A stretch of 64,000 bases of DNA from contig NW_021833603.1 of the NCBI RefSeq assembly GCF_006345805.1, positions 1 through 64,000 of the forward strand, given 5' to 3'. This document shows positions 41,330 through 53,769 of the stretch, piece by piece. The notes beneath the pieces were generated by a model. The model ran no database searches and was not told the DNA's origin. It saw nothing but the letters and a program-made list of their open reading frames with translations. This stretch comes from Octopus sinensis. Taxonomy: Eukaryota. Within the stretch, counting starts at the first letter, position 1; each line of letters starts with the position of its first letter. The translations under genes and the position numbers were made by a program.

Positions 41330-42222
41330 AGTTTTTTTCCATTATAACTTTATTTCAGCTGCCTCAGTACTGGGCATCTTCTGGAGGCCAAGAGTATCGA
41401 GGGCACTTTTGATTTGCTATGCATGTTAAAATTTTCACTACATTTATTTTATATTAGATGGAGAGTGCTTTCCGCAGTATATAGGATGTACCTATCAAGG
41501 TTATCTTTTGCAGTTCACGGAGACTGGAGTTAACAGCGAGTTGTTTAATATACGTTTTGCTCCATTTATTATTCCTAATGCACCAATTATTACTGTTATT
41601 ATTGTTGTACTAAGCTTCCACATTTTTGCGATTTCAATTTGCAGATATTTATAGTGAGAAAGGTTTTCGTATTCTTTTCTTGAAACATTTTGATTTTGTG
41701 GAACGGACATAGCTATTAACAGACAACTTCCTCTGTTGTAGTCCTTGATGACAATGCCTGGTCGATTGGAGTCAATTTTTCTGTCTATTTGTATTGGGAA
41801 GTTCCAAAGTATGGTGACACCCTCGCCACTTACCACATCCTCTGGATGGTGCCTGTACCACTCAATATGGGATTTAATATTGTAATATATACAAGCATTC
41901 CAGTGGATGTACTACCCTAGTCTTTCATGTCTTATGAAGTACTCCTTTTCAGCGAAGGCTAGGCAACCAGAAACATGATCAATTTCTTTGTGAATATCCC
42001 GAAAATTCTGCTTGAGGGGTCACATCCATTTTAAAGAACGTTTGCATGGTAGTTTCTGGTAGGTAAGCTCTGATCTTGCGCTGCAATAACAAAACCTTCT
42101 GCTTCCTCTTTCAGACTTCTCTCTTCTAGCCATTGGTGTGTTAGATTTTTTATCAATATCTGGCTTGAATAGGTTGTTAGGATATTTTCCATGCAGGTGT
42201 TTGCCTTTCCAGTTGTCTTCGA
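41330..42222 (-). mobile_element. Older Dong/R4 fragment (diverged subfamily)
   Basis: WKGKHLHGKY and ILWNFPIQIDRKIDSNRP...YKYLQIEI; several frameshifts. Confidence 0.85.
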
Positions 42223-42264
<42 letters not shown>

Positions 42265-42372
42265 AGCGGTGTGCTGGCAGAATCGTTAGCACGCCGGGCG
42301 AAATACTTTAGGAAAGTGTCTTCTACTATAACCTCGTCCTGTGAGTAGATCTGGAAGACGGAAACTGATATG

Positions 42373-42417
<45 letters not shown>

Positions 42418-42472
42418 GTATATATACATATATATATATACATATACATATACATATATATATATATATATA

Positions 42473-42794
42473 TAGTTATTTATTTCTATTAGTTTATTTA
42501 TTTATCTGTGTATTTATTATGTTTTCAGGATCCTCTATCGTCATATGTTGTGGTGTGTGTTAGTGCTCCATTCTAGTTTTCTATTCAGGCTAGGTTTATT
42601 TTCTATTATGTGTGTAGCTTCTGTAATTTGTCTAATTGTTGCATCTGATCTACACACATAATAGAAAATAAAGCTAGCCTGAATAGAAAACTAGAATGGA
42701 GCACTAACACACACCACAACATATGACGATAGAGGATCCTGAAAACATAATAAATACACAGATAAATAGATAAACTAATAGAAATAAATAACTA
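42473..42794. repeat. Fold-back element: 145 bp near-perfect arms, 32 nt loop, inside (TA)n
   Basis: 42473-42617 is the reverse complement of 42650-42794. Confidence 0.92.
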
Positions 42795-42799
42795 TATAT

Positions 42800-42886
<87 letters not shown>

Positions 42887-43499
42887 CGATTCAATTTATT
42901 ATTATTATTACTAGTATTATTGTTATACATACATACATACATACATACATACATACAAGCATATGTAATGATAATAATGGGTGGATGTAAACACATGAAC
43001 AAAATAAGAACAAAAACAAAAAACAAAAAACAAAAAAAAACAAAAAAAACAACAAAATACAAAATACAAATTACATGAACATATAAAATTACAAATTACA
43101 AATTACATGAACATATATAAACAGAAGATACAAATATTACAGGCATCCCCCCACACACACACTAAATAAACATAAACGCACATAGAGATATAAGCATGCG
43201 CAAATGAAGACATACAATAGAAATACAAAATGGCTGACGGTTAGTAAGGAGAGATACAAATAAGTAAGAAGAAAACAAAGGACCACTGATGCGGTCACAG
43301 GAGTGTGACGAAAGAACTCTGGCCGAAATAAGATTAAGATTAATGTAAAAAATAAATAACACTGAAGCAAAGTAACACCAAATATATAGTGCGTGTGTTT
43401 TTATTGGCTAAACTGGCAAAATGACCATTCCTAAATACAACAATATCTGTTTCAACACACGACTTCACATAAAAAATCTTGCACAACAAATATTTAAAC

Positions 43500-43600
<101 letters not shown>

Positions 43601-43729
43601 TGTGTGTGTGCGTGTGTGTGTATGTATGTATATATACACATGCATATAAGCAGTTGTTTGCTATATTATACCGTAAAGGAAAATTATAGTCGTCGACTAA
43701 ACTTCTCTGGTTATTTTTCTAAGTAATGA

Positions 43730-44250
43730 AGGTAACCTTTTTTCATCACCACTGTAGCATTCCCCTTGTCTACTGGAAGTATTATGATGGAATTGTCACT
43801 CTGTAGTCTTTTGATAGCGATCATTTCTTCCTTAGTGATGTTTAGTTTGGGAAGTTTTGCTTTTTCTTGTACCTGTCTCACTTTCCACCTTAGTTCATCT
43901 CCCTGAGCTTTTGGTATCTTTATAGCTATCACTTTAATAGGGGCTATTATGTCCAAGTATGGAATACGCTTAATGGTTGTCGCAAAGTTGAGACCTTTGT
44001 TTAGTACTGCTTCTTCAGAGCTTTCTAGATGTCGGCTACTTACATTAATTACTGCTTTCAAAGGTGGGCGACGGACTTCAGTCTTCATTCTCTGAGCTTT
44101 GAGTTTCATAAACCTCTTAATCTGGCGTGTCTTCACCATTTCAAAGTCTTTCATGTACGTCTTTTCTAGATCCTGTTGGATTCTCTTTCTATCATCATCT
44201 CTGGTTATTTTCCTACGTAATGAAAATAACCTCTTGACTAAACTTGACTA
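43730..44250 (-). mobile_element. Penelope-like element ORF fragment
   Basis: VINVSS..VLNKGLNFA..NITKEE..IIILPVDKGNATVVM is the typical pre-RT region of Penelope-like elements. Confidence 0.88.
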
Positions 44251-44496
44251 ATGGTGTGAAAACACCTACATTGCAAGAAATAGGAGCTAAAGTGCTCCAA
44301 AGCTGTTACAAATCACATAGCATATACTCTGATAGGGGCTGTAATCGCCCCGAACACCGAACCGGGAATTTCTTAGACCAACCGGCCATTTCCGTAGCCA
44401 TCTTTAGTAAAGCCAGCTCGTTCGGTTGATTCCGGGCTAGCTCGCCCATAATCAAGTTTAGTTGGCGACTATAGTTTTCCTTTACCGTATAATATT

Positions 44497-44884
44497 CTTT
44501 TCTACTCTAGGCACAAGGCCCGAAACTTTGGGGGTGGGAGGCCAGCCTATTAGATCGATCCAAGTATGCAACTAGTACTTAATTTATCGATCCCACGAAA
44601 GGATGAAGAGTAAAATCGACCTCGGTGAAATTTAAACTCAGAACGTAAAGACAGATGAAATACCTATTTCTTTACTACCTACAGAGAGGACAAACAAGGA
44701 GAGACAAACGGATTAAGTCAATTATATCGACACCAGTACGTAACTGGTACTTAATTTATGGAACCCGAAAGGATGAAAGGCAAAGTCGACCTCGGCGGAA
44801 TTTGAACTCAGAACGTGCAGACATGTGAAATACCGCTAAGCATTTTACCCTGCGTGCTAACGTTTCTGCCAGCTCGCCGCCTTT
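44497..44884 (-). mobile_element. Composite SINE family B with target-site duplication
   Basis: TSD TTTAC(C/G)GTATAATATT at 44481-44496 and 44885-44900. Confidence 0.8.
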
Positions 44885-45178
44885 TTACGGTATAATATTG
44901 CAAACAGTAGTTTTTATTCATTTGTTGTATAAACATTAGCGATCTGCTAGCCCGGAATCAACCGAACGAACTGGTCTTACTGAAGATGGCTTGGGAAATA
45001 GACGATACTGGCCGGTCAGTCTAAGGAATTCTTGATTCGGGGTGATTGCAGCCCCTATCAGAATATATGCTATGTGCTTTGTAACAACATTGGAACATTT
45101 TGGCCCCTATTTCTAGCTATGTAGGTGTTATTCATATCCTTCATAAAGTTCATTTGACGACAATGATTTTCCTATATA

Positions 45179-45555
45179 TATACATAAAATTTTATAATCA
45201 TGAGTATAATTATAATTAGGGTTCAGCAAAAAAGTGTTTAATTTTTGCTGTACTCTCAAATTTAAAATCTTGAATTACTGTGCTGAAGAGGAGAATGATA
45301 GAGTGAAATATGATTTTACATTTTTCACATCTCTCAAACCTCCATAACGCGTGCACAGTTAATCAAAGCCAGGTGGATTCGTTATTTTTTTCGCTTTACC
45401 TGTGTGGGTTGTTGAGTATTGCTATTTGTGGAATTTTCTTATAGTAGTGAAATAGTTAGTTTTAACTGCTATTTCTAAATTTCAGTATGTGTTGAAGCAA
45501 ATTTTTGCTGAACCCTAATTATAATTATACTCATGATTATAAAATTTTATGTATA
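45179..45555. repeat. Inverted repeat (~55 bp arms) enclosing a decayed hammerhead
   Basis: 45179-45233 pairs with 45502-45555. 45278-45358 reads CTGTG-CTGAAGA-GGAG..CTCC-ATAA-CGCG-TG-CACAG. Confidence 0.75.
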
Positions 45556-45884
45556 AGTTTACGGATAATGGTTCTTTTAACATACCGAACGACTTGGTAA
45601 AATTATTAATTATTAATTAATTAATTAATTTTACCCTTTATTATTATGGATAATATATATATATATATGTATGTATATATATATATATATATGTGTATAT
45701 ATATGTATATATATATATATATAAAAATTCACTCTACCACACACCGAACTTTTCAGAAATAGCAGCCAAAAATTTGGCTATTTCTTCAACTGCAAATAAA
45801 AGTCTCCAGACAATGCATACTCAGAAAATAACTCACATAGGTATAAGGGAAAAAACAATGAAAGATCACATCCATATACGATAC

Positions 45885-45944
45885 CCGAGGACAGTCTGTT
45901 TCTGGATTTGTGGGTAAAACGCCACTTTTCCTTCATCAGCTCAG
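45885..45944 (-). ncRNA. Type I hammerhead ribozyme (mirror of 46178-46237)
   Basis: Exact reverse complement of the + copy. Confidence 0.75.
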
Positions 45945-46177
45945 AGATTTCTTCTGATTTAGATTTGAAAATACTAAGAATCAAACATACCCGTCCGATA
46001 TCTGTAACATCGGACAAACCATGCCAGACACCCAGTACTAGCGAATCCAAAAATAGATCTCATTCGTATTTTTGGATTCGCTACTACTGGGTGTCTGGCA
46101 TGGTTTGTCCGATGTTACAGATATCGGACGGGTATGTTTGATTCTTAGTATTTTCAAATCTAAATCAGAAGAAATCT

Positions 46178-46237
46178 CTGAGCTGATGAAGGAAAAGTGG
46201 CGTTTTACCCACAAATCCAGAAACAGACTGTCCTCGG
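46178..46237 (+). ncRNA. Type I hammerhead ribozyme
   Basis: CTGAG-CTGATGA-A-GGA..GTGG/CCAC..TCC-A-GAAA-CAG-A-CTG-TC-CTCGG, with the GUC triplet ending at 46232. Confidence 0.78.
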
Positions 46238-46420
46238 GTATCGTATATGGATGTGATCTTTCATTGTTTTTCCCTTATACCTATGTGAGTTATTTTCTGA
46301 GTATGCATTGTCTGGAGACTTTTATTTGCAGTTGAAGAAATAGCCAAATTTTTGGCTGCTATTTCTGAAAAGTTCGGTGTGTGGTAGAGTGAATTTTTTT
46401 ACTTTACCATATTTTTATAA

Positions 46421-46459
<39 letters not shown>

Positions 46460-46471
46460 TGTGTATATATA

Positions 46472-46516
<45 letters not shown>

Positions 46517-48258
46517 ATATATTATATATATATATATTATATATATATATATAACGAGGAGCGCTCTGTCGGTTACGACGACGAGGGTCCCAGCTGATAC
46601 GATCAACGGAACAGCTTGACAGTGTGTGACAAGGCTGGCCCTTTGAAATACAGGTACTACTCATTTTTGCCAGCTGAGTGGACTGGCGCAACGTGCCGCT
46701 GGGAATTGAACTCACGACCTTACGATCATGACCCGAATGCCCTAACCACTAAGCCACGCACCTTCACGGACACGCGCGCATTCACACACACACACACATA
46801 CACACACACACACACACACACAATTATAACATGTGTGAAATTTATACATACATGTATATATATCTGTGTGTGTGTCTGTGTGTCTTTGTATATATATTTG
46901 TTCACCCCTACCATCACCGCTTGACAACTAGTACTGGTGTCTTTACGTCCCCGTAACATAGCGGTTCGGTACAAGAGACCGATACAATAAGTACTAGGCG
47001 TAAAAAAACTCGGTCGATTTATTCGATTATAACCGTTCAGAGTGGTGCTCCAGCATGGCCGCTGCCATATGACTGAAACAAGTAAAAGAATAAAAGAATA
47101 TATATATATACACACCCAGCATACTTATTTGTGTCACTGGAGTGCTGCCACCAAGGGGCTACCGCCTTTAAGGGTTGCTTAATCTTTAAAAAACAAAGTT
47201 ACGGCGATTATATAAACAATTATATTTTTTTTTCTTTATTGCCCACAGGGGGCAAACAAGGACAGACAAAGAAATTAAGTCGATTACATCGACAACAGCG
47301 CGTAACTTATATTCATTTAACTGGCTCCGAAAGGATGAAAGAAAAAGTCGACGTCGGTGGAATTTGAACTCAGATCGTAACGGAAGGAGAAATAGCGTTA
47401 AGCATTTCGCCCAGCGTGCTAACAATTCTGCCACCTCGCTGTGATTGTATTATATCATATTATCTTAAACTATATTATATTATATTATATATATGCGTGT
47501 GTTTGTGTTATTAATTGGTGTAGGGGAGACAAACACAAACACTCGCATGTATATAATATAATATAATATAATATAATATAATATACAATATAACATAATA
47601 TAATATAATATGAGACGGGCTTCCACGTAGTTTCTGTCTACCAGATTTCCTAATAAGATATTTGGTCGTCTCGGGGTTATAGTAGAATACACTGGGGCAA
47701 GGTGCCCTGGTTGCAAAGCAGCTTCGTAATCATACGGTCATGTTTTGAGTAATAAACTATTACGGTGTGAATTGAAGTAAACTATAAATTTATCAGATTT
47801 TATTGACAGGTAGCGAGTTAGAACAGTAGGTGGGAGTTTGTTGGCCTGTTTGGTAATATGTCTCTATCCCTGAGTTCGAATCTTTCTGTGGTCGACTTTT
47901 TTTTTTCTTCGTAACTTCGAGGTTGGTAAACATAATACCACCCAAGTAGTGGCAATCTTTCATTTAACTTCTGGACTCGGCCATTTTCATATAGTAGACA
48001 TACGTAGAAAGGAGTGTCTACTAATGTTGACACGGTTTTTTCTTCCCCACCGTCCCAATCTTATCACCACCTTCCTTAGCGAAATCGGTAGGGTGAAACG
48101 AAACATAATATCAGAGCCTGCCCTCCGTCGCCACCCTGGGTGGAAGACGAGCATTTCAATTGGCTAATTTTGTTTCCTGTTGTTCATTTCCATTGTGAAT
48201 CATTCAGTAAATATAATCTGTAACTTAAACCACTAACAGCGGAGATATAATGGTGTCA

Positions 48259-48266
48259 TATAAAAG
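48259..48266 (+). promoter_or_regulatory. Candidate TATA box of the BCAP-like gene
   Basis: TATAAAAG about 150 nt upstream of the ATG at 48410. Confidence 0.4.
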
Positions 48267-48409
48267 TGACGAACAGAAATTTCAAATAGCATAAAATACA
48301 AGCGTCTTGTAGATTTAGACAAACACACATTCATACAGACAGAGAAAACGAGAACAAGATAAGAGAGAAGAAATCAGTGAAACTACTCGAGTACTACTAA
48401 ACAGAGGCG

Positions 48410-48434
48410 ATGGCTGACAGTGGAAACTACGAAA
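48410..48434 (+). CDS. PIK3AP1/BANK1-like gene, coding exon 1 (MADSGNYE)
   Basis: Kozak-like GCGATGG. Consensus donor A|GTAAGT in phase 1 matches exon 2. Confidence 0.75.
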
Positions 48435-48611
48435 GTAAGTAAATGTAAACAATAGGCAAAAACTCTGTAAAGCACCACAAGAAATGTCTTCAAATGTATA
48501 TTCACATGCTTAACTTTAAATCTTATTTCGTTCCATTTCGTCATTTATCTTTCTACACTTATCAGCCCCGCTTCTTTTATTTCTTATTCTCTACCTATAT
48601 TAAAAATAACA

Positions 48612-48679
<68 letters not shown>

Positions 48680-48807
48680 ATTATTATTATATATTATTAT
48701 TATTATAATTATTATTATTATTTATTATTATTATTATTATTATTATATAGAAAAGAATTATTATTATTATTATAATTATTATTATTATAATTATTATATA
48801 GAAAAGA

Positions 48808-48840
<33 letters not shown>

Positions 48841-48892
48841 GTCATTTACTTTTAATCTGCATGTTCGATGCAATCACTTGCCGGGGCACACC

Positions 48893-48931
<39 letters not shown>

Positions 48932-48999
48932 CACTATTATCATTATCATTATTATTGTTGTTGTTGTTGTTTTGTCATATGTACTTTGTTTTATCTTAT

Positions 49000-49510
49000 C
49001 ATTGTACATTGTTTTATCTTGGTATAAAAGATGGACTACAGCAAATATTCTGCTCAATACCACAGATTTGCTTGTCAGTTGTTTGACCTTAACCAGTTGA
49101 GCATGTCCCTTAGTGGCTGACGATATGTGCATCTCTGATCACGAGCAGAAGTAGTGGGGAGCATCATAGCCGTGTGTTGAGAGGGATTCTTTGGGGTTTG
49201 AATAATTCACCTCCGGAAACATGGGTGTTTCGTTCAACATCCTTAAACAACCCTTATTCAGGGACCTTTTGAGCGGGATGGGTTACTCGACCAGAAGAAA
49301 ATTCTAACTGGGCCCCATCTGCAAGGTCATGTGTTGTTTATCTTGATATGAGATCACCATGTCGCAACATATAGCTGTGATGCATGTACCTGGTGTACAT
49401 CATGTCTACCTGGTGTACCAGACAGGTAGACATGATGGGTATACTGGGCGGCTTCGTATATTTTCTACCCCAGTATCACTTTGATGGCATGTACTGCTTT
49501 CTCACTCAAT
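49000..49510. mobile_element. Second copy of the TAA-associated repeat at 13466-13952
   Basis: High direct identity to the first copy; bounded by (TAA)n. Confidence 0.65.
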
Positions 49511-49526
49511 AATAATAATAATAATA

Positions 49527-49557
<31 letters not shown>

Positions 49558-50438
49558 TTGATCAATCACGCATACACTCGAATGTCTAGACAATCATATA
49601 TACATTTTAATACCCATAGGACTACACATGCACCCTAATGTTCACACAACTACGGTATTTCCTCTGTCTTTACGTTCTGAGTTGAAATCCTGCCGAGGTC
49701 GACTTTGCCTTTTATCCTTCGCGGTCGATAAAATAAGTACCAGTTGCATACTGGGGTCGATCTAATCGACTGGCCCCTCCCCCCAAAATTTAGGGCCTTG
49801 TGCCTAGAGTAGAAAAGAATATTCATAATCCAGGGAAACGAACCCAGATTTACCCATCAGAAGAATTACAACGGGATTTCTCACCCTATTTGATCATTGA
49901 AGTTTTTTATTATTTGATGTTGTTGTGGTTCTTTTTGACTTTTGCTCTGATAATTTTGAGTGACATAAGCGTCACATGCCGACCTCTTCCTTGTTTTCAA
50001 CTTCGAAATTTGATGTGTTATGTCTATTCTGTTACTTGTTTCAATCACTGGACTGCTGCTATGCTTGAACACCCTCTGGAATGGTTTGTCCGAACAAATC
50101 TACCCCAGTTCTTTATCTACACCGGTACTTGTTCAATTGGTGTTCTTCGTCGAACTGCAGGCGACGATAACCAAACAACACCGGTTGTCCAGCGATGTGA
50201 CGACAAACATCCACACACATACACACACACACACAGACACACACACACACACATACACATATACCTGTATACAAACACACACACGTATATACATATAAAT
50301 GTATACAAACACACACACATATACATATACATGTATACAAACACAGACAGACACATATACATATATACAAACACACGCACATATACATATATACATGTAT
50401 ACAAACATACACACACATACATACACATACATGCGTAT

Positions 50439-50621
50439 CAGGGGTGTATACACAGGTGTGGTAGGTGCGCTAGGTGTCCGCTGCACAGCCACCGAAAATG
50501 GCAAATTCATTACAAATATTAACCATACTCATTAATTTAATTATTTTAATGGAAAACTTCCGTTATAGCCCTGCTTGAAATTTGGTGGCATTGGGTGTAT
50601 AACAACCACTATGCGCCACTG
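50439..50621. mobile_element. Possible MITE
   Basis: Imperfect TIRs CAGGGGTGTATA / TATGCGCCACTG; weak TSD. Confidence 0.4.
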
Positions 50622-50942
50622 ATCTGTAACTTCATGTATGCTTCCACAGATTCCTTCTACGAAATCCAAATCTAATTCTACTCACAACACTTTAATTGGT
50701 TTGGACTTACAGTCGCAGATACTAACCCGAGATGCCATACAATGGGGCTGAACCAGAAACAATATGCTTTCGAAACGAATTTATAACCCACACAACCATG
50801 CCTGCACCTTATATAAAATTACGTTCTATTATAATAAGATTTTATAGTTAGCTCGAAGCATTGTACATGGAATATAATGTTGAAAGATGTAAAAGGCCAA
50901 ACAATACAAATAGATTTTAAGATGAGGTAACGTAAACTAAAA

Positions 50943-51179
50943 GTGTATCCACTATTTTGGGACATACAAGAATCTTCTTCAGGGTTAAAAAGGAACTGTC
51001 CTTGGTTAGATGTTTGTTATCAGAGATAAACTAATTCTGATTATATTTGAATATTCAAGCGTTTAAAATTCAAATATAATCATAGAATTATTTTATCTCC
51101 GACAAGAAACATCTAATCAAGGGCAGTTATTTTTTAACCCTGAAGAAGAGACTTGTATGTCCCAAAATATTGGATACAC
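50943..51179. repeat. Diverged fold-back (~105 bp arms)
   Basis: 50943-51051 pairs with 51068-51179. Each arm carries CTGAAGA..GTCCC-AAAA, a decayed hammerhead-like motif. Confidence 0.8.
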
Positions 51180-51214
51180 ATAAGACCAAAGATTACCAGC
51201 TAACTTATCTTTAG

Positions 51215-51732
51215 GAGGCAAGTTTTGTCTAGTGAATGTTTAAAAAAAAGATGGGTGAATGTAGCAAGGATGGCACGTATGAATGACGAAGCCACCTTGA
51301 CTATGATTCTATGAACCGTAAAAATTAATACAGAGAGTTGCTTATTTGCAAAAAAAAAAAAAAAAGAAATATAACATGTGACTTCATTGACCGAGGTTAC
51401 CGTGGTCTTTTCCGTAGGCTTTTCTTTCCACGGGTAAACCTCACCTGTCCTCCCCTTTACACTTCATATTGACATTTCTGTGATTACGATCCCTATTGAT
51501 CAACTTTTTTTTTTCCTCTCCCCTTTTCTTTTTTTTCCTCTCCCCTTTTCTTTTTTTTTTCCTCTCCCCCCCTTTTTTAAAATCCTCCCCTTTTTTTGTC
51601 CTCTTTATTTCCTTTCACGATCCCTTTTGATCGAAAACCAACCCCCCTTTTTTTTTACCCCCAAAAGAAAAGCTCTACCTTGTAATTTGTTCTGTCTGTG
51701 TGCAGCCCTGTGTGGCTAATAAAGAAACATAT
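51215..51732 (+). mobile_element. Tx1/L1-like 3' end
   Basis: Reverse-complement homologue of 3444-3950. Confidence 0.7.
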
Positions 51733-51836
51733 TTTCATTGTTTGGCGTTTTACATTTTTCAACATTATGTTCTATTAATTTTTGCTTTTTTTTTTGTTAT
51801 CGTTCACTATTTAAGTTTTTATTGTTTTTTTTACAG

Positions 51837-52270
51837 AAATTTTATTTATTCACTCTGCTGATGGCGAAGATTGGAGCAAGTATTTGCAAGAAATGTTACT
51901 TACGGAGTATAAAATTTCATCTGACAACACTCAGTATAAAGACATTTGCGATACTCATTTCAACAATTATTTAATCAAAGTACTCATTTTCACGCCATTA
52001 ATGGAAGAGGAGGACAAAGTTAGTGCCACTCTGAAAAATGACACTTTAAGCTTATATGTCTTACTTCATTGCTCCGTTGATATAGAGCAGTCTGTATGCC
52101 AATATAAAAAAATGAACATAGTGTACACTAAAGAGATAGACCAAGTAGAGACGACTGTTCGAAATGTTCTTGAGAATATTATCGAGCTACACGAATCCTA
52201 CTTCGATCATTACGAAGAAATTGATGAAAAGAAACTTCCATTCCGTTTTTTCCCGAATACCTTTTATCCT
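51837..52270 (+). CDS. PIK3AP1/BANK1-like gene, exon 2 (TIR-like domain)
   Basis: TTTTTACAG acceptor and GTAAGT donor around an open frame. ILFIHSADGEDWSKYLQ resembles BCAP ILIVYSPDAEEWCQYLQ (recalled from memory). Phase 1 to 0. Confidence 0.85.
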
Positions 52271-52429
52271 GTAAGTATAGAATAATAGTGAAGACTTTTG
52301 ACCCAGCGGTTAGGGTATTGCTTTCCACATCGGTTTAGCGTGATTTCGATTCTCACTCACATTTTTTTGTTGTTTTTACAGAAATTTTATTTATCTACTC
52401 TGCTGTTGCCTCCCAGTTATAAGATTGTT

Positions 52430-52624
52430 TGCTCCTTCTCAAGCCATGCCTGGCTCATAAGGTTTCCTTGGCGTATAGGTTCCCCACCTGGACACCTTCT
52501 GCCGGAGCCGCGTGGAACTTAGGTGTTTCGCTCATAAACACACTCATCGCACAGTCTGAGATTCGAACCCGCGATCCCTCGACCGCGAGTCCGCTGCTCT
52601 AACCACTAGGCCATGTGCCTCCAC
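52430..52624 (-). mobile_element. tRNA-derived SINE (tRNA-Arg-like head)
   Basis: Minus strand has A box TGGCCTAGTGG and B box GGTTCGAATC; no acceptor stem. Confidence 0.7.
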
Positions 52625-53769
52625 AATTATAAGATTACATCTGATAAAAACTGAATATAGAAAATTCGTGAAATTCGTTTCGACGATTACTAAATTAAAG
52701 TACCCAGGTTCATGCCATTAATGGTACGCTGTATTTTTGAGCAAAACAACTTCAATTATTTCGACATTTGCCATGCGACATCACGTGCGCCAGTAAAAAG
52801 CAACATCAATGTGATGGAGGTGGGGGTCGGGGTCAGGGTGGGGGTAGGGGTGGCGATGAGCTAATGTGCTGCATAACAAAAGAAACACGATTGTCGTGTA
52901 GTTGTGGAGAGGAAACACAGACAAATACACGCACACACACACACACACATATGCACACGCACAGAGACATATATATATATACATACACACATATATGTAT
53001 GTGTATATGTATATATATATATACACACACACATAGATGTAAGGGCGCAAGTGTAGGTGCGCAGATGCAGGCGTGGCTGTGTGGTAAGCTTCCTTTCTAA
53101 CCTCACGGTTTCGGGTTCAGTCCCACTGCGTGGGCAAGTGTCTGTTATAATAGCCCCGAGCCGAGGCTATAAGACGCCCGTCGTATATATGTGTGTGTGT
53201 GGGTGTATACATTTGTATGTCTGTGTTTGTCCCCCCCCCCCCGCCAACATCCCTTGTCAACCGATGTTGGTGTGTTTACGTCCCCGTAAGCTAGCGGTTC
53301 GGCAAAAGAGACTCACAAAGAATAAGTCCTGGGTTCGATTTGTCCGACAAAAGGCGGTGCTCCAGCATGGCTGCAGTCAAATGACTGAAACAAATACAAC
53401 AATGTACACACACACGCACACACATACGCACACACACACGCACACACACACAACGGGTTTCTTTCAGTTTTCGTCTACGAAATCCACTCACAAGACATTG
53501 GTCGACTCGGGCTCGGGGCTATAATACAAGACACTTGTGCAGTGTGCCGCGAAGTGGAACCGAACCTGAAACCAGGTGGTTGCAAGGCGATTTTCTTAAC
53601 CACACAGCCATGCATGTACCTTATATGGCCATACCTTAACTTCATTAGCATTAATGCATGTAATATATAAAGAACATTTCTGAATCAATTATAATGAGTT
53701 ATAGTAAATTATAATGAATTTCAAACAAATACGCCAACAATAAGAAATTTATAATTGTTTTATTACAAA

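Larger units (their letters stand above)
45723..46398. repeat. Near-perfect 676 bp palindrome (333 bp arms, 11 nt loop) inside (TA)n
   Basis: 45723-46055 is the reverse complement of 46067-46398. Confidence 0.95.

Noticed and set aside
51884-52285. Stand-alone 133 aa ORF
   Set aside because: It is better explained as internal exon 51837-52270 of the spliced gene.
52550-52624. tRNA gene
   Set aside because: It has A and B boxes but no acceptor stem and continues into a SINE body.
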